Sequence record: NC_048674.1
Length of the DNA: 64,000 bases
Direction: 5' to 3' (one strand)
The stretch's first letter is position 1. Every line of letters begins with the position of its first letter. Both the position numbers and the translations under genes were made by a program. Shown one piece after another: positions 55,301-63,314 of the stretch. The notes under the pieces are model-generated. The model was not told the DNA's origin, searched no databases, and worked only from the letters and a program-made list of their open reading frames with translations.

Positions 55301-55769
55301 TACCAGTTGCGAACGTAATTTTTATAATTATGAAATTCTCAAGAATGGGTTCATTGTATTTCATATCGACGATGATGAAAATGTAATCGCGGTTTGTGAT
55401 ATTGAAGATAAGGAAAAGAAAAATCCAATCTATATCAATGATGGAACCGTTTTTATTAACCAAAAAGAGAGTTTTCTTTTTATTCCGTGTCGGTGTTAAA
55501 ATATGACAGTTAAAGAATTGAAGGATAAAGCCCGGTCTTTCGGGCTTGCTGCTGAAATTATTTTGAACAATGCAAAATATCGCGGGTTCAACGATTGGAT
55601 GTATGATTTCGTAACCCTTGACGAATCTCGTGGAATTACAGAAACAAACGTAGTTAAATTTTATTTTGTTAGCGGTGTTCATACCATTTCCCATCCAGTC
55701 AATATGGTTGTGTTGGGTCATTCACCGGAAAAAGTTATTGGTGAATTTCATAAGGATGTTATCGAATGA
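52378..55769 (+). other. Run of hypothetical ORFs
   Basis: 52378-52749, 53125-53502, 53490-54005, 54069-54635, 54650-55231, 55218-55499, 55503-55769. Confidence 0.6.
52777..53115 (+). CDS. Small ADP-ribosyltransferase-fold protein (Arr / Tpt1-like, H-Y type)
   Basis: FYHGS...G..LLPP...VFFT...LAKVYA..AA...GEP.LFRV, the pattern of Arr-like ARTs. Confidence 0.65.
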   Translation: MTTIHCKPDYVEFYHGSCTLGLKGNMLLPPEMTDTISEKGRKKNLDRVFFTKDRGLAKVYARRAARSIGGEPTLFRVVAPVDTVFMSETPGATVYHAAWAFVEQIPFGKLSD

Positions 55770-56425
55770 CCATAAAATGGAGGGATTACGAATTATCTTT
55801 ATGTGAAAGAAAAGAAATAAAGGAATTCGTAGAAGCTCATCATTACTCTCATAATATCAATGGTCTAAAAACATCATATTGTTTTCGGATTGATGATAAA
55901 AATGGGAAATTGGTTGGGGCTGTTATATTTGGACAACTTAGTACAACTGCATGGAAAAAGTTTTCTGATAAAGAGGATGATGTATTAGAATTACGGAGAC
56001 TAGTGCTGTTGGACGAGCTACCTCATAATTCCGAATCGTGGGTCATTGGTTCTTGTCTGAGAATATTGAAAAAATTAAAAACTCATAAAGTTGTAATTAG
56101 TTATGCAGATCCGTTTCATGACCATGTTGGTATTATATATCAAGCAACAAACTGGATATATGTGGGTGAAACGCCTAAAGATAAACTACTAAAAACACCA
56201 GATGGTAAGTTGTATCACAGTAGGGCATTGAGAACAAAATATAAAGGTATGTTGAAACCTTTTGCACAAAGACTACAATATATGAAAAATAATGGTCTTC
56301 TAGAAGAAGTAGTAGTACCGGGAAAACATAGTTATGTTTATCCGTTAGTTCATATTAAAAAACTTGATAAAGTTAACCAGATGGAACAAAAACAATATCC
56401 AAAGCAAAGAGATATAGAAAAATGA
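55766..56425 (+). CDS. Mom-like DNA adenine modification protein (GNAT fold)
   Basis: HHYS, LVGAVIFG, LELRRLVL...P.NSESWVIG, VISYADP..DHVGIIYQATNWIYVG. Confidence 0.8.
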   Translation: MTIKWRDYELSLCERKEIKEFVEAHHYSHNINGLKTSYCFRIDDKNGKLVGAVIFGQLSTTAWKKFSDKEDDVLELRRLVLLDELPHNSESWVIGSCLRILKKLKTHKVVISYADPFHDHVGIIYQATNWIYVGETPKDKLLKTPDGKLYHSRALRTKYKGMLKPFAQRLQYMKNNGLLEEVVVPGKHSYVYPLVHIKKLDKVNQMEQKQYPKQRDIEK

Positions 56426-56916
56426 AAATTCGTTATGTTAAAGGCGATATGATCGCCATGATGAAAGACCCAGAAGTATTGAAGATTCCAACTTTGTTCG
56501 TTCATGGGTGTAATTGTCATACTGCAATGGGTTCCGGTATTGCTGCTGGTATTGCCATGAACTTCCCAGATGCGCCTATTGTAGACGCACATTTCCAACG
56601 GCTGTTTAAGACAAACGGTCAAGTGGATATTGGAATGCTTGGTCAATATAGTTGGACTCCCTTAGATTATGATTCTCGATTGATTAACCTATACACCCAA
56701 TATTTCCCCGGTCGCGATCTTCGTTTGGATGCATTAGAGAATGGTTTCGTCCACTTAGCGGAAGATTTTGGATATGAAGGGTATCGACTTATATTCCCAA
56801 AGATTGGGGCTGGTGTTGCCGGTGGAGATTGGGATGTTATCTCACAAGTAATTGAAAATTGTTTTGACGAAGACGATTTCGAAGAATTGATTTGTGTCGA
56901 ATGGGATAAAAAGTAA
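56422..56916 (+). CDS. Macrodomain protein (Tk.4-like ADP-ribose binding or hydrolase)
   Basis: YVKGDM, VHGCNC..AMGSGIA.GIA..FP, INLYTQ, FPKIGAGVAGGDW. Confidence 0.88.
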   Translation: MKIRYVKGDMIAMMKDPEVLKIPTLFVHGCNCHTAMGSGIAAGIAMNFPDAPIVDAHFQRLFKTNGQVDIGMLGQYSWTPLDYDSRLINLYTQYFPGRDLRLDALENGFVHLAEDFGYEGYRLIFPKIGAGVAGGDWDVISQVIENCFDEDDFEELICVEWDKK

Positions 56917-56920
56917 TCAT

Positions 56921-56974
56921 TATCTCCCAAAGGCTCTAACCTAAATAAGGTTGGAGCCTTTTTATTTGGAGATA
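56921..56974 (+). promoter_or_regulatory. Late promoter (CTAAATA 56941-56947) in the loop of a terminator / RBS-sequestering hairpin
   Basis: Inner stem aggctctaacc/ggttggagcct. Outer arm tatctcccaa pairs with tttggagata, which contains the SD. Confidence 0.75.
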
Positions 56975-56980
56975 TTAATA

Positions 56981-57358
56981 ATGGTAAGATACAAGGCAAT
57001 TATATTTGGGATTCTTCTTATTTTGGTTGGTGGGTCTACTTGGTATATGTTCAACAAGATCGAATCACAGGCAATAACAATCGGAGAGATGACCCAACAA
57101 CTAGAAACAATGACATCCAAATTATCCGCCATGGAATTGAGTATAAGCGATTTCAAACAACAGTCTAGCGAGTATAGTCAGACGGAAGAGAAATCGAATA
57201 GAGAGCTTTCTAAGCGCATTGGTACGCTGGAATCTAATGCTAGTCGCGGTAAGGATGCAATAGACAAGAAACCTAAGCTAGTAGAGAAGATAATCCAGAA
57301 GGATTATGAAGAGTTTGGAAGCAGAATGGATTGCCTTACTCTGGGGGAATGTAAATGA
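56981..57358 (+). CDS. Rz-like inner-membrane spanin (PseT.3-like)
   Basis: N-terminal TM helix, long coiled coil, overlap with the downstream lipoprotein. Confidence 0.8.
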   Translation: MVRYKAIIFGILLILVGGSTWYMFNKIESQAITIGEMTQQLETMTSKLSAMELSISDFKQQSSEYSQTEEKSNRELSKRIGTLESNASRGKDAIDKKPKLVEKIIQKDYEEFGSRMDCLTLGECK

Positions 57359-57654
57359 AAAAAATTCTAATTATGATGTGTATAGTGGTTCTTGCTGCAT
57401 GTTCAACACCACCGAGACCAGACCCGGTATTAGTGTTTCATCCAAATAGACCAACACCGGTCAAAACTTATATTCCGAAATGGACTGTTATTAAGGAAGG
57501 TGAAACAACATATGTCGGAATGACATATGAGGATAGTTTAAGATATAGGGCGTGGCTGGAAAAAATAGGTGTTTATATAGACTCACAAAATAGAATGTTA
57601 TGTTCTTATAGAAAGGATCTGAAAGAACCACAATGTCAAAAAGTCCCCAAATAA
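57355..57654 (+). CDS. Rz1-like outer-membrane spanin lipoprotein (PseT.2-like)
   Basis: Lipobox LAAC, Pro-rich stretch, VGMTYEDS...W...I..YI..Q..MLC.YR..L.E..C. Confidence 0.85.
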   Translation: MKKILIMMCIVVLAACSTPPRPDPVLVFHPNRPTPVKTYIPKWTVIKEGETTYVGMTYEDSLRYRAWLEKIGVYIDSQNRMLCSYRKDLKEPQCQKVPK

Positions 57655-57677
57655 GGGACTTTTTTGTTACCTAAATA
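57638..57677 (+). promoter_or_regulatory. Terminator followed by late promoter CTAAATA (57671-57677)
   Basis: aagtccc/gggactt stem with T run, then acctaaata upstream of the tail fibre RBS. Confidence 0.75.
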
Positions 57678-57715
57678 AAAGAGTAGAAACAATTTCAAAA
57701 TAGAGGAATTTAAAA

Positions 57716-60700
57716 ATGGCAGACCTTAAGAGTTCGTCTACCGCTGGGGGTGGATTAGTTTGGACACAGACTAACCTACCATTTTCCCCGCAAGACGTTA
57801 AGCTGTTTTATAATGGTAATGAGGTTATTGATAGTGTTAGTAATCAATCTATTGGTGGGGCTAAAACCTTTACCGGAACATTGACATATAAAACTCCTGT
57901 CAATTCTAATGAAGTTGCCATTAAAGGTTATGTTGATAACCTAGATAGTACATCGGTGAAATCTGTAACCGGGACTCTCCCAATCGTCGTTACTACTGGT
58001 GTAAGTCCGCGAGTTTCAATTAATAACGCAACGCAATCCGCTCATGGGGCAATGAGCAAAGAAGATAAGACAAAGCTAGACGGTTTACCTGTTCGAGCTG
58101 TTAATAGAGATGGCGATACTATGACTGGAAACCTAATGGTTAATGGTCAGGTTGAGGCGAATAGAATCAAATCCAACGGTCAAGTTGAAGTTTATGATTC
58201 TGCTACCAATACATACGCACAGCGTATGGTTGCATCTGGTTCATTACTTTATTTCCAAGGTGGTAAAGTAGATAGAGACGTTACTGACCAACGAGTTGCT
58301 TTTAGTGGTTGGTATGGTACACCTCTCACTCAAGTAAGATTTAATATGGCTACTGGGGTTAATCCCCAAGTGTCTTATGGAAATACAAACTATGATATTT
58401 TCCATAAAGGTAATTTGCCTAGCGCGGAAGAAGTAAAGGCAATGGCTGTATATGATCGTCCACCGGAAGATGATTGCGATAAAGCAATTATGCCCGGTAA
58501 CTATGGTGTTTTCGCAAACACAAAAAATACTCCTAACGACGGTGGTACTGGTCCTAGTGGATCAACTCTCCTTGTTACCCGTTGGGGTAACGGGGCGAAT
58601 GCACAAATATTCTTTTCTTATACACAAGATCGTGTATGGGTTCGTCGTCAATATATCGGTGTTTGGCAGCCATGGGCGGAAATGTATACCTCTCTGAACA
58701 AACAGTCTGTGGGTGGTATGGGTCTTGGTGTTGGTGATAGTCCCAACGCGATCACAGTAACCGGTGGTGTTCGTGACTTCAACCTAATTAAGACCAACGG
58801 TGTTTTTACAGTTGATGGTAACTGGGCTAATGGAACTGACAATACCGCAACTGCAACTACTCATACGGGTATTGTTGAGGTTAAACAACGATCTTTCGAT
58901 AACTTGACTGTTCAGAAATTCAGTAACTGGGTAACAGTCGGTGGATTTGTAGAACCAAGAGAGTTTACAAGGGTATGGATTAATGCAGTTGAAGGTTGGC
59001 AACCATGGTTACCGACTGGTGTGTGGGAACAGGTAAACACATACAGAACTGGTATTCTAAGACACAATAACTCTACTAATGACGACTCTGTTTATCCTTA
59101 CGTATCTTATACCAAGGAAAAATATCGTGATGGTGTTGCTGCTGGTATTCCATACACAATAGGTGAGGTTAGTTTTAGAGTTGGTGCTACAAACCGATAT
59201 GATCCCCATAGTGGCGATCAGTTGTCTAGAATTATAGGTCAAGCAACAAACACAAACACAACCGGTGAATATGAAGGTACTTTGTTCTTAGCTTCTAGAT
59301 ATCGCAAAGGGTCTGATGGTTCGACTGCTGACACTAGTACACTAAGAATAAGTAGAGATGTTGGTGCTGAATTTACCCATGCAGGTAAGAAAGTACAGAT
59401 CGAAACCGGTAATGTGAATGCAGAGAAATTTATTGTAACCACAACTGGTTATGCACTTCAATATTCCGGTAATGCAAACCAAGGAATCTATTTAGATAAT
59501 AGAACAATTATTGGTGGTGGTTCATCTGGTGTTGTGATTCGTCCAAATGGTTCGGGAACTGTAACTGGGGAAACTGTCTTTAATGCAAACGGTACTATAT
59601 CAAATAACCAAGTTCCGACGTTGGCAATGCATTTAACAAACAAGGCATATGTTGATGGTGTTGCTCTTGGTGGTTTTAGTTCTATTATCACACTGAGAGA
59701 TACAGATAACCTCAACGATATTAAAACCGCTGGTATATATAGCCAAGTTGCTAACGCTAAAGCATTAACTAGTTTGAACTATCCAGTTGAGAAAGCTGGT
59801 AACCTTATTGTTACTACTTCCGCTGGCGTTATTCAAAAATATTGGGTATATAACTCGTCCGAAGTTTGGTCTAGAGCACAATATTCAAGTGGTGCGTGGA
59901 AGCCTTGGTATCGTGACTATAACGAAGAGTTTAAACCTACTTCCGCTGATGTTGGGGCGTTGTCTTTAACTGGTGGTACTGTAACTGGGGATGTTAGATT
60001 TAACTCTGGCAACACCACTAGATTGACTCTTGGTAGTGGTTCTGATTATTACGTCGAACGCTCACCATCTGGATTGACATTAGCTTCTGGAACTATCAAT
60101 CCGAAGGTTAAAGTTAATAACACAGATTATGACATATATCATACCGGCAATAAACCATCAGCCGCCGACGTTGGTACATTAACAACTACACAGATAAACA
60201 CAGAGCTTAACAAAAAGCTTAATCTGTCTGGTGGTATCATGACTGGCGCAATTCGTTGGGATGCAACAGATGAATATATCAACGCCGCGAGCAACAATAT
60301 ATATCTGGCTGCTAAGACTGGTACTGTATATCTTGAAAGCAAAAATAACCCAATGGTAAGGATTGGAAGTAACGATTACACCATATATCACACTGGTAAT
60401 AAACCTTCTGCTGGTGATTTTAATGCATACACAAAAACTGAAACAGATAATTTACTTAATACTAAATTAAATCTGTCTGGTGGCACTCTAACTGGAGCGG
60501 TAACTACTGCAACCATAAAGAATGCTGTTATGATTAACAATGGTGCATCGATTAGTTTCCAAGACGGAGCTAATGCTAGATTCCATATACTGACAGAAGG
60601 TAACACCTTTAAACTAAAACATGGAGACAATGCCGATAATCAGCTACTATACGTTAGCCCCACAGTAATGGAATTACAAACACAATTAAGTGCAAGAACT

Positions 60701-61666
60701 GCAATGTTTGTGAGTGGAGCTGATGGAACTCGGGTGTTTGGGATTGGTGCTCAAGAATCCAACGGAATAAACCCATACGTGTATGTACGAAGATCTGGTG
60801 ATACTGGAAACATACGTGTTCTGACATTTGATCAGGGTGAGATTATTGCTAACCAAGATCGAATCGCTGCTCCAACTTTCCGAGTTATTAACAACGCAGG
60901 ATTACAGTTCTCCCCAAATAGTAACCGGAGTGGTGTGACTTGGGGGATGGGTATGGATCTATCTAATGGTAACCTTGGTATCCATCGTTATCAAGATGGT
61001 GTATGGAATCTCCAACCATTTATGATAGGTTCGAACGGTGTGGTTACTATGAGTACGGGTTTCAACACAACCAGCGGAACAATGTCTGGTTCCCTAAGTG
61101 TTAATGGAAACATTGAGGTTGGTGGATCTGTAGGTGTTAATAGTGGTTATGCCTCTATCATTAGCAATAATAATAACAGACTAGAATTTCATCGTCCCGG
61201 ATTTTGGGCAACAATGATTTACATGAACACAGACGGTCAACTTCGATTTACATCAAGTAATGGTGCCGGTGGTGAAACTAAACTCAGAATGTCTATTGAT
61301 AACAATGGTAATACCGGAATAGCAGGTTCTGTTAACGCTAATGGTGGTGTTCACGACGTAGGTCAACGAGTTTATTCACCAAGTAACCCAATTCCAGATG
61401 GTGTAATACTGAGATCAGTCGTCAATGGCGGCGGCAATATGGATATTGGTTCATATGCGATGGTCACAGTCAAATCCAACCTTGGTCCACAAGGTCCGGG
61501 GACTGTTCTCCAAGGTACTCAGATTGCATTCTCGAACGCGGAAGGTACTAATATGGTTGCCTGTAACTATGGTACATGGCGTCTGATGGGTGTTTCTAGA
61601 GCAAATTCCCAAAACGGCGACGGTTGGGGTTCTTGGAACGTAACATTGGCACAGCGGATAACTTAA
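57716..61666 (+). CDS. 36: Long tail fibre distal subunit (gp36-type N-terminus, several knob domains)
   Basis: MADLKSSSTAGGGLVWTQTNLP resembles T4 gp36 MADLKVGSTTGGSVIWHQGNFP. It has three knob-like W..W domains, YH.GNKPSA and LNLSGG..TG repeats, and a C-terminal GTWRLMG...TLAQRIT. Confidence 0.8.
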   Translation: MADLKSSSTAGGGLVWTQTNLPFSPQDVKLFYNGNEVIDSVSNQSIGGAKTFTGTLTYKTPVNSNEVAIKGYVDNLDSTSVKSVTGTLPIVVTTGVSPRVSINNATQSAHGAMSKEDKTKLDGLPVRAVNRDGDTMTGNLMVNGQVEANRIKSNGQVEVYDSATNTYAQRMVASGSLLYFQGGKVDRDVTDQRVAFSGWYGTPLTQVRFNMATGVNPQVSYGNTNYDIFHKGNLPSAEEVKAMAVYDRPPEDDCDKAIMPGNYGVFANTKNTPNDGGTGPSGSTLLVTRWGNGANAQIFFSYTQDRVWVRRQYIGVWQPWAEMYTSLNKQSVGGMGLGVGDSPNAITVTGGVRDFNLIKTNGVFTVDGNWANGTDNTATATTHTGIVEVKQRSFDNLTVQKFSNWVTVGGFVEPREFTRVWINAVEGWQPWLPTGVWEQVNTYRTGILRHNNSTNDDSVYPYVSYTKEKYRDGVAAGIPYTIGEVSFRVGATNRYDPHSGDQLSRIIGQATNTNTTGEYEGTLFLASRYRKGSDGSTADTSTLRISRDVGAEFTHAGKKVQIETGNVNAEKFIVTTTGYALQYSGNANQGIYLDNRTIIGGGSSGVVIRPNGSGTVTGETVFNANGTISNNQVPTLAMHLTNKAYVDGVALGGFSSIITLRDTDNLNDIKTAGIYSQVANAKALTSLNYPVEKAGNLIVTTSAGVIQKYWVYNSSEVWSRAQYSSGAWKPWYRDYNEEFKPTSADVGALSLTGGTVTGDVRFNSGNTTRLTLGSGSDYYVERSPSGLTLASGTINPKVKVNNTDYDIYHTGNKPSAADVGTLTTTQINTELNKKLNLSGGIMTGAIRWDATDEYINAASNNIYLAAKTGTVYLESKNNPMVRIGSNDYTIYHTGNKPSAGDFNAYTKTETDNLLNTKLNLSGGTLTGAVTTATIKNAVMINNGASISFQDGANARFHILTEGNTFKLKHGDNADNQLLYVSPTVMELQTQLSARTAMFVSGADGTRVFGIGAQESNGINPYVYVRRSGDTGNIRVLTFDQGEIIANQDRIAAPTFRVINNAGLQFSPNSNRSGVTWGMGMDLSNGNLGIHRYQDGVWNLQPFMIGSNGVVTMSTGFNTTSGTMSGSLSVNGNIEVGGSVGVNSGYASIISNNNNRLEFHRPGFWATMIYMNTDGQLRFTSSNGAGGETKLRMSIDNNGNTGIAGSVNANGGVHDVGQRVYSPSNPIPDGVILRSVVNGGGNMDIGSYAMVTVKSNLGPQGPGTVLQGTQIAFSNAEGTNMVACNYGTWRLMGVSRANSQNGDGWGSWNVTLAQRIT

Positions 61667-61671
61667 TAATT

Positions 61672-61691
61672 TGGACTCCTTCGGGAGTCCA
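61672..61691 (+). terminator. UUCG hairpin with a weak U tract (probably leaky into lysozyme)
   Basis: tggactcc-ttcg-ggagtcca followed by taatttt. Confidence 0.6.
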
Positions 61692-61712
61692 TAATTTTAG
61701 AGAGAATATTAT

Positions 61713-62213
61713 ATGTTAGAAAAAATGCTTAAATTCGACGAGGGTTCGAAGCTTACTGTTTATTGGGATACCGAAGGATATCCGACTATCGGTATTGGTC
61801 ATTTAATAAAGAAACTTCGTACGAAAGATATGGGGGAAATTAACCGTGAGTTAAGTTCCCATGTTGGGAGGGTTATTACCGACGGTAAGATTACTCAATC
61901 AGAAGAAAGTCAACTTTTTGCTAAAGATCTTGAAGTAGTTAGAAATTCTATGAAAGGGTATGTCGATTTATGGTCTACATATGTTGGATTAGATGAAGTC
62001 AGAAAAACCGCATTGGAAAATATGGTTTTTCAGATGGGGGCCAAAGGTGTAAATGGCTTCCCGTCGATGCTTCGCGCTATGCGCTCCAAGAACTGGGTAG
62101 AAGCAAAGAAGCACGGTCTTGCTAGTGCTTGGGCGAGACAGACACCAAATCGTGCTAAGAGAGTTACAGACGTTATTGAGACTGGTACTTACAAAGGTTA
62201 TCCATTCGCATAA
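61713..62213 (+). CDS. e: T4-type lysozyme (endolysin)
   Basis: DEG...YWDTEGYPTIGIGHL (E/D/T triad), NMVFQMG, WARQTPNRAKRV. Confidence 0.95.
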   Translation: MLEKMLKFDEGSKLTVYWDTEGYPTIGIGHLIKKLRTKDMGEINRELSSHVGRVITDGKITQSEESQLFAKDLEVVRNSMKGYVDLWSTYVGLDEVRKTALENMVFQMGAKGVNGFPSMLRAMRSKNWVEAKKHGLASAWARQTPNRAKRVTDVIETGTYKGYPFA

Positions 62214-62216
62214 AAC

Positions 62217-62247
62217 AAAAAGGGACCCCATATCGGGATCCCTTTTT
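62217..62247. terminator. Bidirectional terminator between e and tk
   Basis: aaaaagggacccc...gggatcccttttt. Confidence 0.75.
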
Positions 62248-62822
62248 CATTTTCCACTCATACCAGCAACCCAGTGTTTACGACAAACAGAAATATATCT
62301 ATCGTTCCCACCAATACAAACTTGATCACCAATAACTTTTTTGCCGTTCTCATCAACACGAAGGTTCATCGTTGCTTTAGAACCACACCAACAAATTGTT
62401 TTATGTTCCACAATTTGTTCAGCCATAACCACAAGTTGACGACTTGCATCAAACATCTCTCCGTTAGAGTCGGACATGAGACCATAACACATAACAGGAA
62501 CATCGTAATTATCAACAATAAAAGCCAGTTGTTTTACTTGTTCGACCGTCATAAATTGGGCTTCATCGATAAGAATACAATCTATTTTCTTTCCGATCTT
62601 ATAACTCAAATAAAGATCAGTTAAATTCTCCTTATCAGAAAACATAATTGATGGACGAGAAACCCCCAATCGTGAAGAAACCATTTCCCCATCACGAGTA
62701 TCAATGCAAGGTTTTAAAACTAAAACTCCCATTCCTCGTTCTTCATAATTATAAGCAACTTGCAATAAATGAGAACTCTTTCCCGCATTCATTGCGGAAT
62801 GATGGAAATGCAAACTAGACAT
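62247..62822 (-). CDS. tk: Thymidine kinase (TK1 family)
   Basis: SAMNAGKS P-loop, KPCIDTR, IDEAQF, VPVMCYGL, ICWCG, YISVCRKHW. Confidence 0.95.
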   Translation of the reverse strand: MSSLHFHHSAMNAGKSSHLLQVAYNYEERGMGVLVLKPCIDTRDGEMVSSRLGVSRPSIMFSDKENLTDLYLSYKIGKKIDCILIDEAQFMTVEQVKQLAFIVDNYDVPVMCYGLMSDSNGEMFDASRQLVVMAEQIVEHKTICWCGSKATMNLRVDENGKKVIGDQVCIGGNDRYISVCRKHWVAGMSGK

Positions 62823-62830
62823 ATCATACC

Positions 62831-63247
62831 TCAGATAAAATCAGAAAACTTTTTACGACTCTCTTTGAGCCCTTTATAAAATGTTAATGGAAACTTATGA
62901 GCCGCAATCAATAGATCCACAATATCACAACGAACCCGATATATTTCAATCAGGTTATCACCATCATTGGCTAACAATGCACTATACCGATGGTGTCCGT
63001 CTAGAATGTAGTTATCATCAGAAACAACAATAGGTTTTGATAACACACTATATGGTGCACTTCTCATCTTTTCCACTTTTTCTTCATTATACTCTGATTG
63101 AGTCGGAAGTAAAGTCTTTACTTTAACCCTTTCCTTAATAAACCCAACCCCGTTTGTTGTACACCAATCCAAAAATCCGGGGACGTTCTCGGCTGCAATT
63201 TGAGGCATATTTTGTCTATCTATACCTTTACTGTTTTCATATTTCAT
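62831..63247 (-). CDS. ParB/Srx-like N-terminal domain protein
   Basis: LLPTQSE...KPIVVSDDNYILDGHHRY. Minus-strand CTAAATA at 63270-63276 lies upstream. Confidence 0.75.
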   Translation of the reverse strand: MKYENSKGIDRQNMPQIAAENVPGFLDWCTTNGVGFIKERVKVKTLLPTQSEYNEEKVEKMRSAPYSVLSKPIVVSDDNYILDGHHRYSALLANDGDNLIEIYRVRCDIVDLLIAAHKFPLTFYKGLKESRKKFSDFI

Positions 63248-63289
63248 TTCAATTCTCCTTAATATAACATATTTAGAGATTAGGAAATG

Positions 63290-63314
63290 AAAAAAGAGCC
63301 CGAAGGCTCTTTTT
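63290..63314 (-). terminator. UUCG terminator after hoc
   Basis: Minus strand aaaaagagcc-ttcg-ggctcttttt. Confidence 0.8.

Noticed and set aside
57716-61666. Diversity-generating retroelement or invertible shufflon acting on the tail fibre
   Set aside because: No reverse transcriptase, invertase, template/variable repeat pair or inverted crossover sites were seen. Internal repeats match only at protein level.
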